DNA from: Caldilineaceae bacterium
GTDB taxonomy: Bacteria; Chloroflexota; Anaerolineae; Caldilineales; Caldilineaceae
Assembly (NCBI GenBank): GCA_023384455.1
Contig: JAHDWH010000004.1
Location: 834-64,833 of the forward strand
Direction: 5' to 3'
Length of the DNA: 64,000 bases
The first letter of the stretch is position 1. Each line of letters begins with the position of its first letter. Shown here in pieces: positions 38,349 through 48,780 of the stretch. The position numbers and the translations under genes were made by a program. A model generated the notes under the pieces. The model did not search any database. It was given only the letters and a program-made list of their open reading frames with translations, and was not told the DNA's origin.

Positions 38349-38356
38349 AAGCTGTC

Positions 38357-38725
38357 ATGAATTATCTTCGTTGCATCCAAAATAGCGCCTATATTCAATT
38401 CGGCGATGAACCCGTACGCGACCAGCCTTTGGCCAGTCTGACAGTCGGCTATATCTACAAAACTTTGCCGCCGACACCGGACGAGCAACGGTTGGGCGAA
38501 GTGCGTATAATCGACAACGAGGGCGAAGATTATCTCTATCCGGTAGATTATTTTGAGAGCGTTCCGTTCGATGGGGGCAGTGAGGCCACTGCGACGACGA
38601 CAGTGCATCTCGACCCGGTGACAAAAGGGATATTGCGGGCCGAGGCGATTGCGGCCAAGACATCTGTCAGTGCGCTGTTGCGCGCGTGGATTGACGAACG
38701 TTTGGATCTGCCAGTCACACAGTAG
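38357..38725 (+). CDS. Hypothetical protein with a C-terminal ribbon-helix-helix (CopG-like) segment
   Basis: VHLDPVTKGILRAEAIAAKTSVSALLRAWIDERL. It starts 9 nt after the ATPase stop. Confidence 0.55.
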   Translation: MNYLRCIQNSAYIQFGDEPVRDQPLASLTVGYIYKTLPPTPDEQRLGEVRIIDNEGEDYLYPVDYFESVPFDGGSEATATTTVHLDPVTKGILRAEAIAAKTSVSALLRAWIDERLDLPVTQ

Positions 38726-38751
38726 ATCGATCAACAACTACGAACGGTTGC

Positions 38752-39777
38752 ATGACACCTGTGGCCGAACTTGCGAACCCCCACGACAAATTCTTCAAAG
38801 AAGCGCTGACCCAACCGGAAGCAGCCCGCGTCTTTCTGCGCGATTTCCTGCCCCCCGCCGTGGCCGAAGAGCTTGACCTGGCCCATCTGGACTTGCTGAA
38901 AGACTCCTTCATAGACGATAGCCTCCAGGAACACTTCGCCGATCTGGTCTTCGAGGTCACACTGCGCGAGCAGAGTCCTCTCCGGAAGGAGACTCTCTTT
39001 GTCTGTGTCATCTTCGAGCACAAAAGCTATGTGGACCCACTGACTGCGCTGCAACTGTTGCGCTATATGACGCAAGCCTGGGACTATAGCCTGCGCCAGC
39101 GAGGACGGCTGCTGCCCGTGCTCCCGGTGGTCATCTATCACGGGGTGAACCGCTGGAGTGTTGCCGCAAACTTTCAGGCCCTCTTTTCCCTGCCGGACGC
39201 GCTGCGCCCATACGTGCCCGAATTCCGCTATCTCCTGACCGATCTGTCAGTCTATAGCGACGAGGAGTTGAAGCGCACCGCGCAGTTGGGCGTTGGGCTG
39301 TTGACGTTAAAATACATCTTCCGTCCGAGCCTGCGCGCCCGTCTGCCCGAAGTGCTGGCGCTGTGGTATACTATCCAGGAGCAGGAGCGCGCGCTGGGCT
39401 ATTTAGAGGCGATCATTCGCTATGTCACCTCTGCGAGTCAGTATGTGAGTGCGGAAGATGTAAGAGCGGCCATTGAAACGGCTGCATCGGAAGGAGATCC
39501 GTTGATGGGTACTATCGCGCAGGAATGGTTACAGCAGGGCTTACAGCAGGGCTTACAGCAGGGCTTGCGAGAGGGTGAAGAACGCGGCCTGCGACAGGGC
39601 CTGCTCTCTGGAATTCGGCTGGCCCTGAAGCTAAAGTTTGGCCTGGCGGGGGCCGCGCTGATGCCGGAGATATCCCGTATCGAAGATATACCTTTGTTGC
39701 AGACAGTCGGAGATGGGATCGAATTGGCCGACACCCCGGAAGATCTGCGCCGACTCTATCAGCAACCCAACGGCTGA
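38752..39777 (+). CDS. Rpn-family (YhgA-like) recombination-promoting nuclease / putative transposase with a DUF4351-like tail
   Basis: HDKFFKEALT, ADLVFEV, VIFEHKSYVD and a C-terminal QQGLQQGLQQGLREGEERGLRQG. Confidence 0.75.
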   Translation: MTPVAELANPHDKFFKEALTQPEAARVFLRDFLPPAVAEELDLAHLDLLKDSFIDDSLQEHFADLVFEVTLREQSPLRKETLFVCVIFEHKSYVDPLTALQLLRYMTQAWDYSLRQRGRLLPVLPVVIYHGVNRWSVAANFQALFSLPDALRPYVPEFRYLLTDLSVYSDEELKRTAQLGVGLLTLKYIFRPSLRARLPEVLALWYTIQEQERALGYLEAIIRYVTSASQYVSAEDVRAAIETAASEGDPLMGTIAQEWLQQGLQQGLQQGLREGEERGLRQGLLSGIRLALKLKFGLAGAALMPEISRIEDIPLLQTVGDGIELADTPEDLRRLYQQPNG

Positions 39778-39815
39778 CCACAACTTCAAAATAACCACCC
39801 ACGGATACTCTCCCT

Positions 39816-40862
39816 ATGTACGATCTCATCAAAGAACTGACTGAAATGAGCGGCCCGGTAGGACAGGAAGGGCCGGTGCTGGACCGGATGGAGGCGCTCT
39901 GGCGGGAGGCCGGGGCACGGGTGGAGCGCACCCGTATCGGCAATGTGCTGGGCCGGGTGGGTGAGAACGGGCCAAAGCTGCTGCTGGCCGCCCACGCCGA
40001 CGAACTCTGCTATCTGGTGCGGGCCATCGATCCCCGGGGCTTCCTCTGGCTGGCTAACGGTCAAGCCTGGCAGCGCACTACCAGTCTGAGCAACGGTTTT
40101 ACGATTGGTCAACGGGTGCGGGTACTGGCCCGCTCCGGCGAAATTCCCGGCGTTATCGGCAGCGTCACCGGCCACGTGGCAACTCTGGCCTTGCCGGAAC
40201 CTCGAGAACTGAACTGGTACGACTTCTGGGTGGACACGGGTCTTTCGGCCAGGGAACTGCGGGAGGCAGGTGTCACCCCTGGCACCCGAGTCATCTGGGA
40301 CGCTAAGACCGAGCGCTTTGGCCCTCATGTGGTCGGCAAAGCCCTGGACGACCGGGCCTGTCTCGCCATTATCACTGAAGTCATCCGCCGGGTTTCTGCC
40401 GAAGAAATGAAGTGGCAACTGACTCTGGCCTGTACTGTTCAGGAAGAGATCGGACTGGTGGGTGCCTACGCCGCGGGCAACCGGGAGGCGTTCGACGCCG
40501 CCATTGTCGTGGAAATCGGGCTGGCCGGCGACATCCCCGGCGTGGGCGAATCGATGATGCCTGTCCATTTGGGAGCCGGGCCAATCCTCGTGCATAAAGA
40601 CGCCCAGGTCCACTACGACTATGCGCTGACCGCCTCTTTAGAACAGACTGCGGCGGAGAACTACATCCCCATCCAGCACGCGGTCTTTGGCTCTTTTGGC
40701 AGCGATGGCGGCGCGCTGATGAAGTCGGATATCCCCTCGGCGCTGGTCGCCTTCCCCGCCCGCTACACCCACACCCCCTTCGAGACGGCCCATCTGGGCG
40801 ATATGGAAGATCTGGTGCGCTGGCTCTGTGCGTTTGTGAGAAACGATTCTCAGAAACGGTGA
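39816..40862 (+). CDS. M42-family metallo-aminopeptidase / endoglucanase-like (FrvX/YsdC type)
   Basis: LIKELTEMSGPVGQE start, AHADE and GKALDDR motifs. Confidence 0.8.
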   Translation: MYDLIKELTEMSGPVGQEGPVLDRMEALWREAGARVERTRIGNVLGRVGENGPKLLLAAHADELCYLVRAIDPRGFLWLANGQAWQRTTSLSNGFTIGQRVRVLARSGEIPGVIGSVTGHVATLALPEPRELNWYDFWVDTGLSARELREAGVTPGTRVIWDAKTERFGPHVVGKALDDRACLAIITEVIRRVSAEEMKWQLTLACTVQEEIGLVGAYAAGNREAFDAAIVVEIGLAGDIPGVGESMMPVHLGAGPILVHKDAQVHYDYALTASLEQTAAENYIPIQHAVFGSFGSDGGALMKSDIPSALVAFPARYTHTPFETAHLGDMEDLVRWLCAFVRNDSQKR

Positions 40863-40904
40863 GCAAGAGAATTACCACCTCATCTCAATTTGAGATACAA
40901 TTGT

Positions 40905-41192
40905 ATGCACATTATCTCCCGCAAGCGACTTCGAGAATTCTGGGAAGACAATCCCGACAGCACAACTTCATTGCAGCGTTGGTATAAAATCGTCAGCCGC
41001 AGCAATTTTGATAATTTTCAGGCGATACGGCATACGTTTCCGTCGGCTGATCTTGTGGGGGAACTGGTGGTTTTCAATATCGGCGGAAATAAATACCGTC
41101 TCATCGCATCAGTTCACTTCAACCGCCAGAAGCTGTATGTACGGCATGTTTTGACTCATTCAGCATATGACCGAGGAGAATGGAAACAATGA
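40905..41192 (+). CDS. higB: Type II toxin HigB (RelE-superfamily mRNA interferase)
   Basis: MHIISRKRLREFW..VVFNIGGNKYRLIASVHF..LYVRHVLTH..YD. Confidence 0.85.
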   Translation: MHIISRKRLREFWEDNPDSTTSLQRWYKIVSRSNFDNFQAIRHTFPSADLVGELVVFNIGGNKYRLIASVHFNRQKLYVRHVLTHSAYDRGEWKQ

Positions 41193-41587
41193 ATGTCGCG
41201 TTCGATACACTTTTGCCGCACTGGACAGCCATCGAACCTGTTCTCTCGATACGCAATGAGCCGGAATACGATCGTGCACTTACCCGGCTTGACCAACTGC
41301 TCGACGAAGTGGGTAATGACGAACGACATCCTCTCTACAATCTAATGGATACATTAGGCTCACTTGTCCACAGTTACGAAGAAGAATTTGTCACCCTTCC
41401 TGAGAGTTCTGGGATTGATGCCCTGCGCTTTTTGATAGAAGAACACGGGTTGAGCCAATCGGGTCTGCCTGAAATTGGCTCTCAAGGCGTTGTATCGGAA
41501 ATTCTGGGTGGGAAACGGGAACTGAATGTGCGCCAGATTCGCGGACTAGCGGCGCGCTTTGGCGTCTCACCTGCCGTCTTCTTCTGA
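41189..41587 (+). CDS. higA: HigA-type HTH antitoxin
   Basis: ATGA overlap with higB and a GAGGAG RBS. C-terminal Xre-type HTH GLSQSGLPEIG..VSEILGGKRELNVRQIRGLA. Confidence 0.8.
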   Translation: MNVAFDTLLPHWTAIEPVLSIRNEPEYDRALTRLDQLLDEVGNDERHPLYNLMDTLGSLVHSYEEEFVTLPESSGIDALRFLIEEHGLSQSGLPEIGSQGVVSEILGGKRELNVRQIRGLAARFGVSPAVFF

Positions 41588-41605
41588 TAAAAGGAGGGTG
41601 TCCAA

Positions 41606-42043
41606 ATGTCTCAAACCGTCGTGCTCGAACTACCCGATGAGATCCTTGTAAGTTATCAGAAAGGGGCGACTGCCGCGCGCAAACCATTGGAAGAATTTCT
41701 GGTGGACAGGCTCAATGAGGCGGTTTCTGTGTACGTTGCGGATACCAGAACGGATACTCAAACAGAATCGCCGGCGCTGCCCCGTTCTGAAGCCAAACTA
41801 TTGCAGCAGATCAACTTAGGATTCAGCGAAACAGAATGGGCAGAATACCGCGGGTTGATCGCCAAACGTCGGGCTGGCACTCTGCTGCCCGACGAACAAC
41901 ATACCCTGACCCAAATTGCGGAAAGACACGAACAGGCAAATGCGCGACGAATGTATGCCCTCGTCAAATTGGCACAGCTTCGCCAGATAGAGTTGGACAT
42001 CTTGATGGACGAATTGGGCATCTATACGCCTGGCTATGAGTGA
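41606..42043 (+). CDS. Hypothetical protein, partner of the downstream HNH gene
   Basis: 145 aa with an AAGGAGG RBS. Its 3' end overlaps the HNH ORF start. Confidence 0.55.
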   Translation: MSQTVVLELPDEILVSYQKGATAARKPLEEFLVDRLNEAVSVYVADTRTDTQTESPALPRSEAKLLQQINLGFSETEWAEYRGLIAKRRAGTLLPDEQHTLTQIAERHEQANARRMYALVKLAQLRQIELDILMDELGIYTPGYE

Positions 42044-42222
42044 ATGGATTTCGCCCGGCCAAAAGCGTCAGGTTGCTGAACGCGCACGTTTTGTCTGCGA
42101 ATACTGCCTGAGCCAACTTCGCTATTCACCGGACCCGTTCTCCGTCGATCACATCATTCCTGTTGCCCGGCAAGGCTCAAATGATGTGGACAATCTGGCG
42201 CTGGCTTGCCAGGGATGCAAAT
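42036..42222 (+). pseudogene. HNH endonuclease, 3'-truncated after the second CxxC
   Basis: FVCEYC..DHIIP..NLALACQGC. After this point the ORF reads the ABC ATPase gene out of frame. Confidence 0.6.
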
Positions 42223-43117
42223 GCCCATCTACTCCATCCGCTCTCTCTCCAAAAGCTACCCCGGCCAGAGCCGCGCCGCCAACGACGACATCAGTTTCGA
42301 CGTGCAGTCCGGCGAAATTTTCGGGCTGCTGGGGGACAACGGCGCGGGCAAGAGCACCCTCGTCAAGCAGATGGCGAATCTGCTGCGCCCCACCGCCGGG
42401 ACGATTACCCTCTTTGACAGACCCATCGACGCAGACCCGATGCACGTACCCCTGCACGTGGGCTATATGCCCCAGGACGGCCGCGCCCTCAACAGCCTGA
42501 CCGTCGGCGACGCGCTCTACTTCACTGCCCATCTGCGGGGACGTAGTAGGCGCGACGCCCAGGCCGAGCGGGAACGATTGATCGACCTGTGGGAATTGGG
42601 CGAGATACACAACAAACCCACCAGCCGCCTTTCCGGCGGACAGAAGCGGCTGCTGCAATTGGCTGTGGCCATGGCCGGTCAGCCGCTTGTGCTGATTCTG
42701 GACGAACCCACCAACGAATTGGCCCCCCAGCGCCGCCGCCACGTCTGGGAATCCCTGCGCGCCGAGAACCGGGAGCGGGGCACGACAATCATTTTCATCA
42801 CCCACGACGCGCTGGAGGCCGAGAAGATCATCCAGCGGGTGGGCATTCTGGGCGGCGGGCGGCTGCTGGCGTTGGGCACACCCCAGGCGCTGAAAGCACA
42901 GATCGACCGCCAGTTGCGCCTGGAAATCTTCTTCCCGCCCGAAGAACCACCGGCCATTCTTTCCCATCTGCCCTCTGTGGAACTCACACCGGGACGCCAT
43001 CTTCTCTATCTGGAACGGGAGCAGGTCGATGGTATCCTTGCCAGTCTGAACGGCGTAGACGACTTCCGGCTCTATTCTGCCACCCTGGAAGACCTCTATC
43101 TCTCCTATGCAGGATAG
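42215..43117 (+). CDS. ABC-2-type transporter ATP-binding protein with no cognate permease nearby
   Basis: Walker A GDNGAGKST, signature LSGGQKRLL and Walker B LILDEPTNEL. The start is ATG 42215 or 42221. Confidence 0.85.
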   Translation: MQMPIYSIRSLSKSYPGQSRAANDDISFDVQSGEIFGLLGDNGAGKSTLVKQMANLLRPTAGTITLFDRPIDADPMHVPLHVGYMPQDGRALNSLTVGDALYFTAHLRGRSRRDAQAERERLIDLWELGEIHNKPTSRLSGGQKRLLQLAVAMAGQPLVLILDEPTNELAPQRRRHVWESLRAENRERGTTIIFITHDALEAEKIIQRVGILGGGRLLALGTPQALKAQIDRQLRLEIFFPPEEPPAILSHLPSVELTPGRHLLYLEREQVDGILASLNGVDDFRLYSATLEDLYLSYAG

Positions 43118-43155
43118 TTCTTCGTGCGACGAGTTGCGCCACGGGGGATGAAAAG
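43117..43155 (+). repeat. R45 dispersed repeat, copy 1
   Basis: gttcttcgtgcgacgaGTTGCGCCACGGGGGATGAAAAg, beginning at the ABC gene stop codon. Confidence 0.6.
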
Positions 43156-43292
43156 TGGGACGCAGCGTCCAGAGGGCACCCGGCAGAAACCGCAAATAAA
43201 CGCAGATTAAATCCCTTCGACCCTTCGACAAGCTCAGGACAGCGCCGTGCAAATCCGTTTTTTCCGTGTCCATCCGTGTTCTATTTTTCAGG

Positions 43293-43335
43293 GCAGTTCC
43301 CCATACGACTTCGTTGCGCCACGGGGAATGAAAAT
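43293..43335 (+). repeat. R45 dispersed repeat, copy 2
   Basis: GCAGTTCCCCATACGACTTCGTTGCGCCACGGGGAATGAAAAT, preceded by CTATTTTTCAGG, which can pair with TGAAAAT. Confidence 0.65.
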
Positions 43336-43339
43336 GTAG

Positions 43340-43414
43340 GTCGGACTGTTAGTCCGACGGGCCTGCACCGTCGCTGGTCGGACTAACAGTCCGACGTACA
43401 AATGGCTATTTTCA
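43340..43414 (+). promoter_or_regulatory. Twin stem-loops (loops TGTTA / TAACA) plus a GGCTATTTTCA box, second locus
   Basis: gtcggacTGTTAgtccgac (43340-43358), gtcggacTAACAgtccgac (43377-43395) and the box at 43404-43414. Confidence 0.45.
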
Positions 43415-43527
43415 GGGCAGCCGTGCCGTGCCGCGGAATTCACTAATCCCAGCGGTATTTCCGAGTTCGCCCGGTTAACGGCTATACTCAGTACCATCTG
43501 GCATCCTTTCCAAAGCAAAGACCTTTT

Positions 43528-44043
43528 GTGTCCCAGCAACCCGTTCGACCCGAACCCAAACCCACCCGCAACTTTTTTTGGCCCGGTTTTGCCATTGGCT
43601 TTGCCCTGCTGGCCCTGACCAGTTGCGGCAGTCTGGCTCTGATGGTTGGGCTGAATCCCGGCACACTGGCCGACCTTCAGTCCACTGGCCCGATGTGGAC
43701 ACCGCCGCCCCCGCCCACGCCCCTGCCCGCAGATATGACCGCGCCGGCCAGCCTTCCCCCCGCGGATGCCAGCCAGCCGGGCCGCTTGCAACCGGGCAGC
43801 CCGGCCCGCAACGTCGCCAGCAGCCGGGTCAACATCCGGCGCACGCCGGGCTATCTGGGCAAAGGCGACGACGACATTCTGGCCCAAATGGAGCCGGGCG
43901 CAAGCGTCGCCATTCTGGAATGGCCCCAGGCCGCGGACCAGTTGACCTGGTGGCACATCCGCGCCAACACACCTACCGGCCCAATCGAAGGCTGGGTAGC
44001 AGAATCCACCGCCAGCGGCGTCCAAATTCTGGCTGGGGAGTAG
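43528..44043 (+). CDS. Membrane-anchored bacterial SH3-domain protein
   Basis: One TM segment (FAIGFALLALTSCG), a Pro-rich linker and SH3b-like VNIRRTPGY..GASVAILE..WWHIR...GPIEGWV. GTG start. Confidence 0.6.
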   Translation: MSQQPVRPEPKPTRNFFWPGFAIGFALLALTSCGSLALMVGLNPGTLADLQSTGPMWTPPPPPTPLPADMTAPASLPPADASQPGRLQPGSPARNVASSRVNIRRTPGYLGKGDDDILAQMEPGASVAILEWPQAADQLTWWHIRANTPTGPIEGWVAESTASGVQILAGE

Positions 44044-44119
44044 GGATTGGGGACTGGAGATTGGGGACTGGGGATCGGACAGTTCCCAGTCCCCAGTCCC
44101 TAATCCCCAGTCCCCAGCC
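44031..44119 (+). terminator. GGGGAYT / AGTCCCC heptad hairpin starting in the last codons of the SH3 gene
   Basis: The G-rich arm ends near 44078, the loop is acagtt, and the C-rich arm is 44085-44119. Confidence 0.6.
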
Positions 44120-44133
44120 TCCAACCCCCACCT

Positions 44134-46405
<2,272 letters not shown>

Positions 46406-46416
<11 letters not shown>

Positions 46417-46487
46417 GGACTGGGGACTGGGGATCGGAGACCGGGAAGAAGCTTTGCCCCAGTCCCCAGTCCCCAATCCCCAATCCC
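46406..46487 (+). terminator. GGGGACT / AGTCCCC heptad hairpin overlapping the helicase stop codon
   Basis: G-rich arm 46406-46445 and C-rich arm 46457-46487. Confidence 0.6.
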
Positions 46488-46493
46488 TGCGCC

Positions 46494-47711
46494 ATGCGCA
46501 TCCTTCACCTCTACAAAGACTACTTCCCCGTCCTGGGGGGGATCGAAAATCATATCAAATGGCTGGCCGAGGGGATGGCGGGCCGGGGGCACGACGTCTC
46601 TGTGCTGGTGACGAACACTGGGCGCGGCGATGTGTCGGAGACTGTCGCGGGCGTGTCAGTCGTCAAAGTCAGCCGCCACTTTAACATTTCTTCCGCCCCG
46701 ATTGGGCTGGGGATGGCAGGCCAGTTGCGCCGGATGGCACGAGAGGCGGATGTCGTCCATCTCCACGCGCCCTACCCGCCGGGAGAACTGGCCCAATTGC
46801 TGGTGAGCGCGGGCCAGCGCACAGTCATCACCTGGCACAGCGATATTGTGAAACAGGCCGGACTGCTGCGCTTCTATGCGCCCTTTCTGCGCGCCGCGCT
46901 GAAAAGGGCGGACAAAATCCTCGTCGCCAGCCCGCCGTATGTGCAGAGTTCGGCTTTTTTGCGCCCCATTTATGAACGCACGCCAGGGAAAATAGCGGTT
47001 GTCCCCTTTGGGATCGACTTGTCGCGCTTTGCGAAAGAACCCCCACCCCGACCCTCCCCCGCCGCAGGGGAGGGAGAAGAACCCTCACCCCGACCCTCCC
47101 CCGCCGCAGGGGAGGGAGAAGCTTCGGTGGAAGCCCAAGCCGCGGCTCTGCGCGCCGGCTACGGGCCGGGACCGCTGGTGCTTTTTGTGGGGCGGATGCG
47201 CTATTACAAAGGGCTGCACGTACTGGTGCAGGCGATGGCGCAAGTGGAAAATGTCCGCTGTCTGGTCGTCGGCGTCGGCCCGCTGGAAGGGGAGATTCGG
47301 GCGCAGGTGGCCGGGCTGGGATTGGAGGAGCGGGTACTCTTTGCCGGGGAAGTGGACGACGCCGATCTGCCCGCCTATTACCGGGCCGCGGATATTTTCT
47401 GCCTGCCCTCCGTCCACCGCAGCGAAGCTCTGGGCATTGTCCTCCTGGAAGCGATGGCGAGCGGTCTGCCGCTGATCTCCACGGAACTGGGCACGGGCAC
47501 GTCCTGGGTAAACCAGCACGAAGTCACCGGGCTGGTAGTGCCGCCGGGAAACGCGGACGCCCTGGCCGAGGCCATCGAGCGGCTGGCCCGCAATGACGAC
47601 GAGCGGCGGGCTTTCGGTCAGGCCGCGCTACGCCGGGCCCGGGAAGAATTTGGGTTGGAGCAAATGTTGGATCAGACGGAGGCGGTCTATCGGGGGGTTT
47701 TGGATGGGTAG
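46494..47711 (+). CDS. GT4-family (GT-B) glycosyltransferase
   Basis: MRILHLYKDYFPVLGGIE start and the C-terminal E(x7)E region PSVHRSEALGIVLLEAMA. Confidence 0.85.
   Translation: MRILHLYKDYFPVLGGIENHIKWLAEGMAGRGHDVSVLVTNTGRGDVSETVAGVSVVKVSRHFNISSAPIGLGMAGQLRRMAREADVVHLHAPYPPGELAQLLVSAGQRTVITWHSDIVKQAGLLRFYAPFLRAALKRADKILVASPPYVQSSAFLRPIYERTPGKIAVVPFGIDLSRFAKEPPPRPSPAAGEGEEPSPRPSPAAGEGEASVEAQAAALRAGYGPGPLVLFVGRMRYYKGLHVLVQAMAQVENVRCLVVGVGPLEGEIRAQVAGLGLEERVLFAGEVDDADLPAYYRAADIFCLPSVHRSEALGIVLLEAMASGLPLISTELGTGTSWVNQHEVTGLVVPPGNADALAEAIERLARNDDERRAFGQAALRRAREEFGLEQMLDQTEAVYRGVLDG
47044..47121 (+). repeat. In-frame 42-bp tandem duplication (1.9 copies), each unit a CCCTCCCC..GGGGAGGG hairpin
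   Basis: Units at 47044-47085 and 47086-47121. It encodes PRPSPAAGEGEEPSPRPSPAAGEGE within the GT4 interdomain region. Confidence 0.8.
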
Positions 47712-47719
47712 AACGAGGA

Positions 47720-48139
47720 TCAGTGATGGAGCGGCAGGAGAATAGAAAACCCGGCTTGCTCGAAGTGATGATCGGAGGTAAACGCCTGGGCAATCTGATG
47801 ATCTGCCATACAGGCAAAGCTGATGCAATCTGTCAATCCCCAATCTTTGTCCGGGCGATTGCGGTATAGCACCCACCCTGCCGCGTGAAGCTCATCAGCA
47901 AAGGGGAGCGTTTCCAGAAGCGGCAACCGCCGAAGCCCATCAAGAAATGCGACCGTTCGACTGCGGACACCTGGCGCGGATAAGGCATCTGCGACTTCCA
48001 ATAACACAAACTCTGTGGTCAGAAGGCGCGTGTTCTGTGCGCGAAGGGTTTGCATGACTTGCATAGCCCGTTCGTGCAGATCGTCGCTATGGTTGAGCAG
48101 CGCGATCCAAGCGGCTGTGTCCACAAAGACGGTCGCCAT
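47720..48139 (-). CDS. vapC: PIN-domain toxin VapC
   Basis: VFVDTAAWIAL, TTEFVLLEV and GLTDCISF acidic motifs. Confidence 0.8.
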   Translation of the reverse strand: MATVFVDTAAWIALLNHSDDLHERAMQVMQTLRAQNTRLLTTEFVLLEVADALSAPGVRSRTVAFLDGLRRLPLLETLPFADELHAAGWVLYRNRPDKDWGLTDCISFACMADHQIAQAFTSDHHFEQAGFSILLPLHH

Positions 48140-48142
48140 TGC

Positions 48143-48388
48143 CTACCCGCGCTTCGGTTTGTGGTAGAGATAGTGGTCGTGCTGGTGGGCGAGATCGGCA
48201 ACCCCTGTCTCGACAGCATTTTGCTGCACCAATCCCATCAACACAGCCCAATCGTCTGTGTTCTGCTCAACACCCCAGTCCTCTGTTTCTTCGAGAAATG
48301 TGATGATGACAGCCTGCCCCTCTCGTCCCGGCACGGACTGATCGGGACGGATGATCCCTTTTTCAAAGCGTCCACGGATGGAAAGCAT
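48143..48388 (-). CDS. Antitoxin-like protein (AF2212/DUF104-like N-terminus) paired with VapC
   Basis: MLSIRGRFEKGIIRP..GQAVIITFLEE. It ends 3 nt before the vapC start. Confidence 0.6.
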   Translation of the reverse strand: MLSIRGRFEKGIIRPDQSVPGREGQAVIITFLEETEDWGVEQNTDDWAVLMGLVQQNAVETGVADLAHQHDHYLYHKPKRG

Positions 48389-48485
48389 TCGGGTGTACCT
48401 CCTGTGGTCAGTATACCACATCTATTACAGATGATCTGCGCCGCGCTCAGCCAGTGGCGTTGCAGAGCCATTTCGTGCTGGCGCG

Positions 48486-48585
48486 TAACTACTCAAGCCA
48501 GAAGGCCCATTCCGGGAATCGACCAGACCAATGCGGGAGTTCCGAACAGCTTCTGGTCGATTCCCGGAATGAAGTCAAGCACTTA
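48486..48585 (+). mobile_element. MITE family 2, copy E1 (TA-flanked, about 100 bp)
   Basis: TAactactcaagcc..cattccgggaatcgaccagac..ggtcgattcccggaatg..caagcactTA. Confidence 0.7.
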
Positions 48586-48600
48586 CCGTAACTGTATGTG

Positions 48601-48760
48601 ATGCACAGATGCTGTACCCGGCGCACAGATGCCGTATCACGCGTACAGCCTCTGTACGCCATGCGTAGACGCTGTGGATCACACACAGATGCCATACCTC
48701 GTACACAGCTTCTGTACGCGACGCACAGAAGCTGTACCCGCTCCACACAAGCTGTAGGTG
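48601..48760. repeat. Eight tandem 20-bp units (consensus RYGCACAGAYGCTGTACNCG), each a mini-palindrome ACAG-N4-CTGT
   Basis: The units fall exactly on 20-nt register from 48601. Confidence 0.8.
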
Positions 48761-48780
48761 GGTTCTTCCGACCCACGTCG

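Noticed and set aside
42589-43386. 265-aa ORF spanning the end of the ABC ATPase gene and the repeat-dense region.
   Set aside because: It is out of frame with the ATPase for its first half and then reads through R45 and other repeats. Its composition is low-complexity Arg/Pro/Gly.
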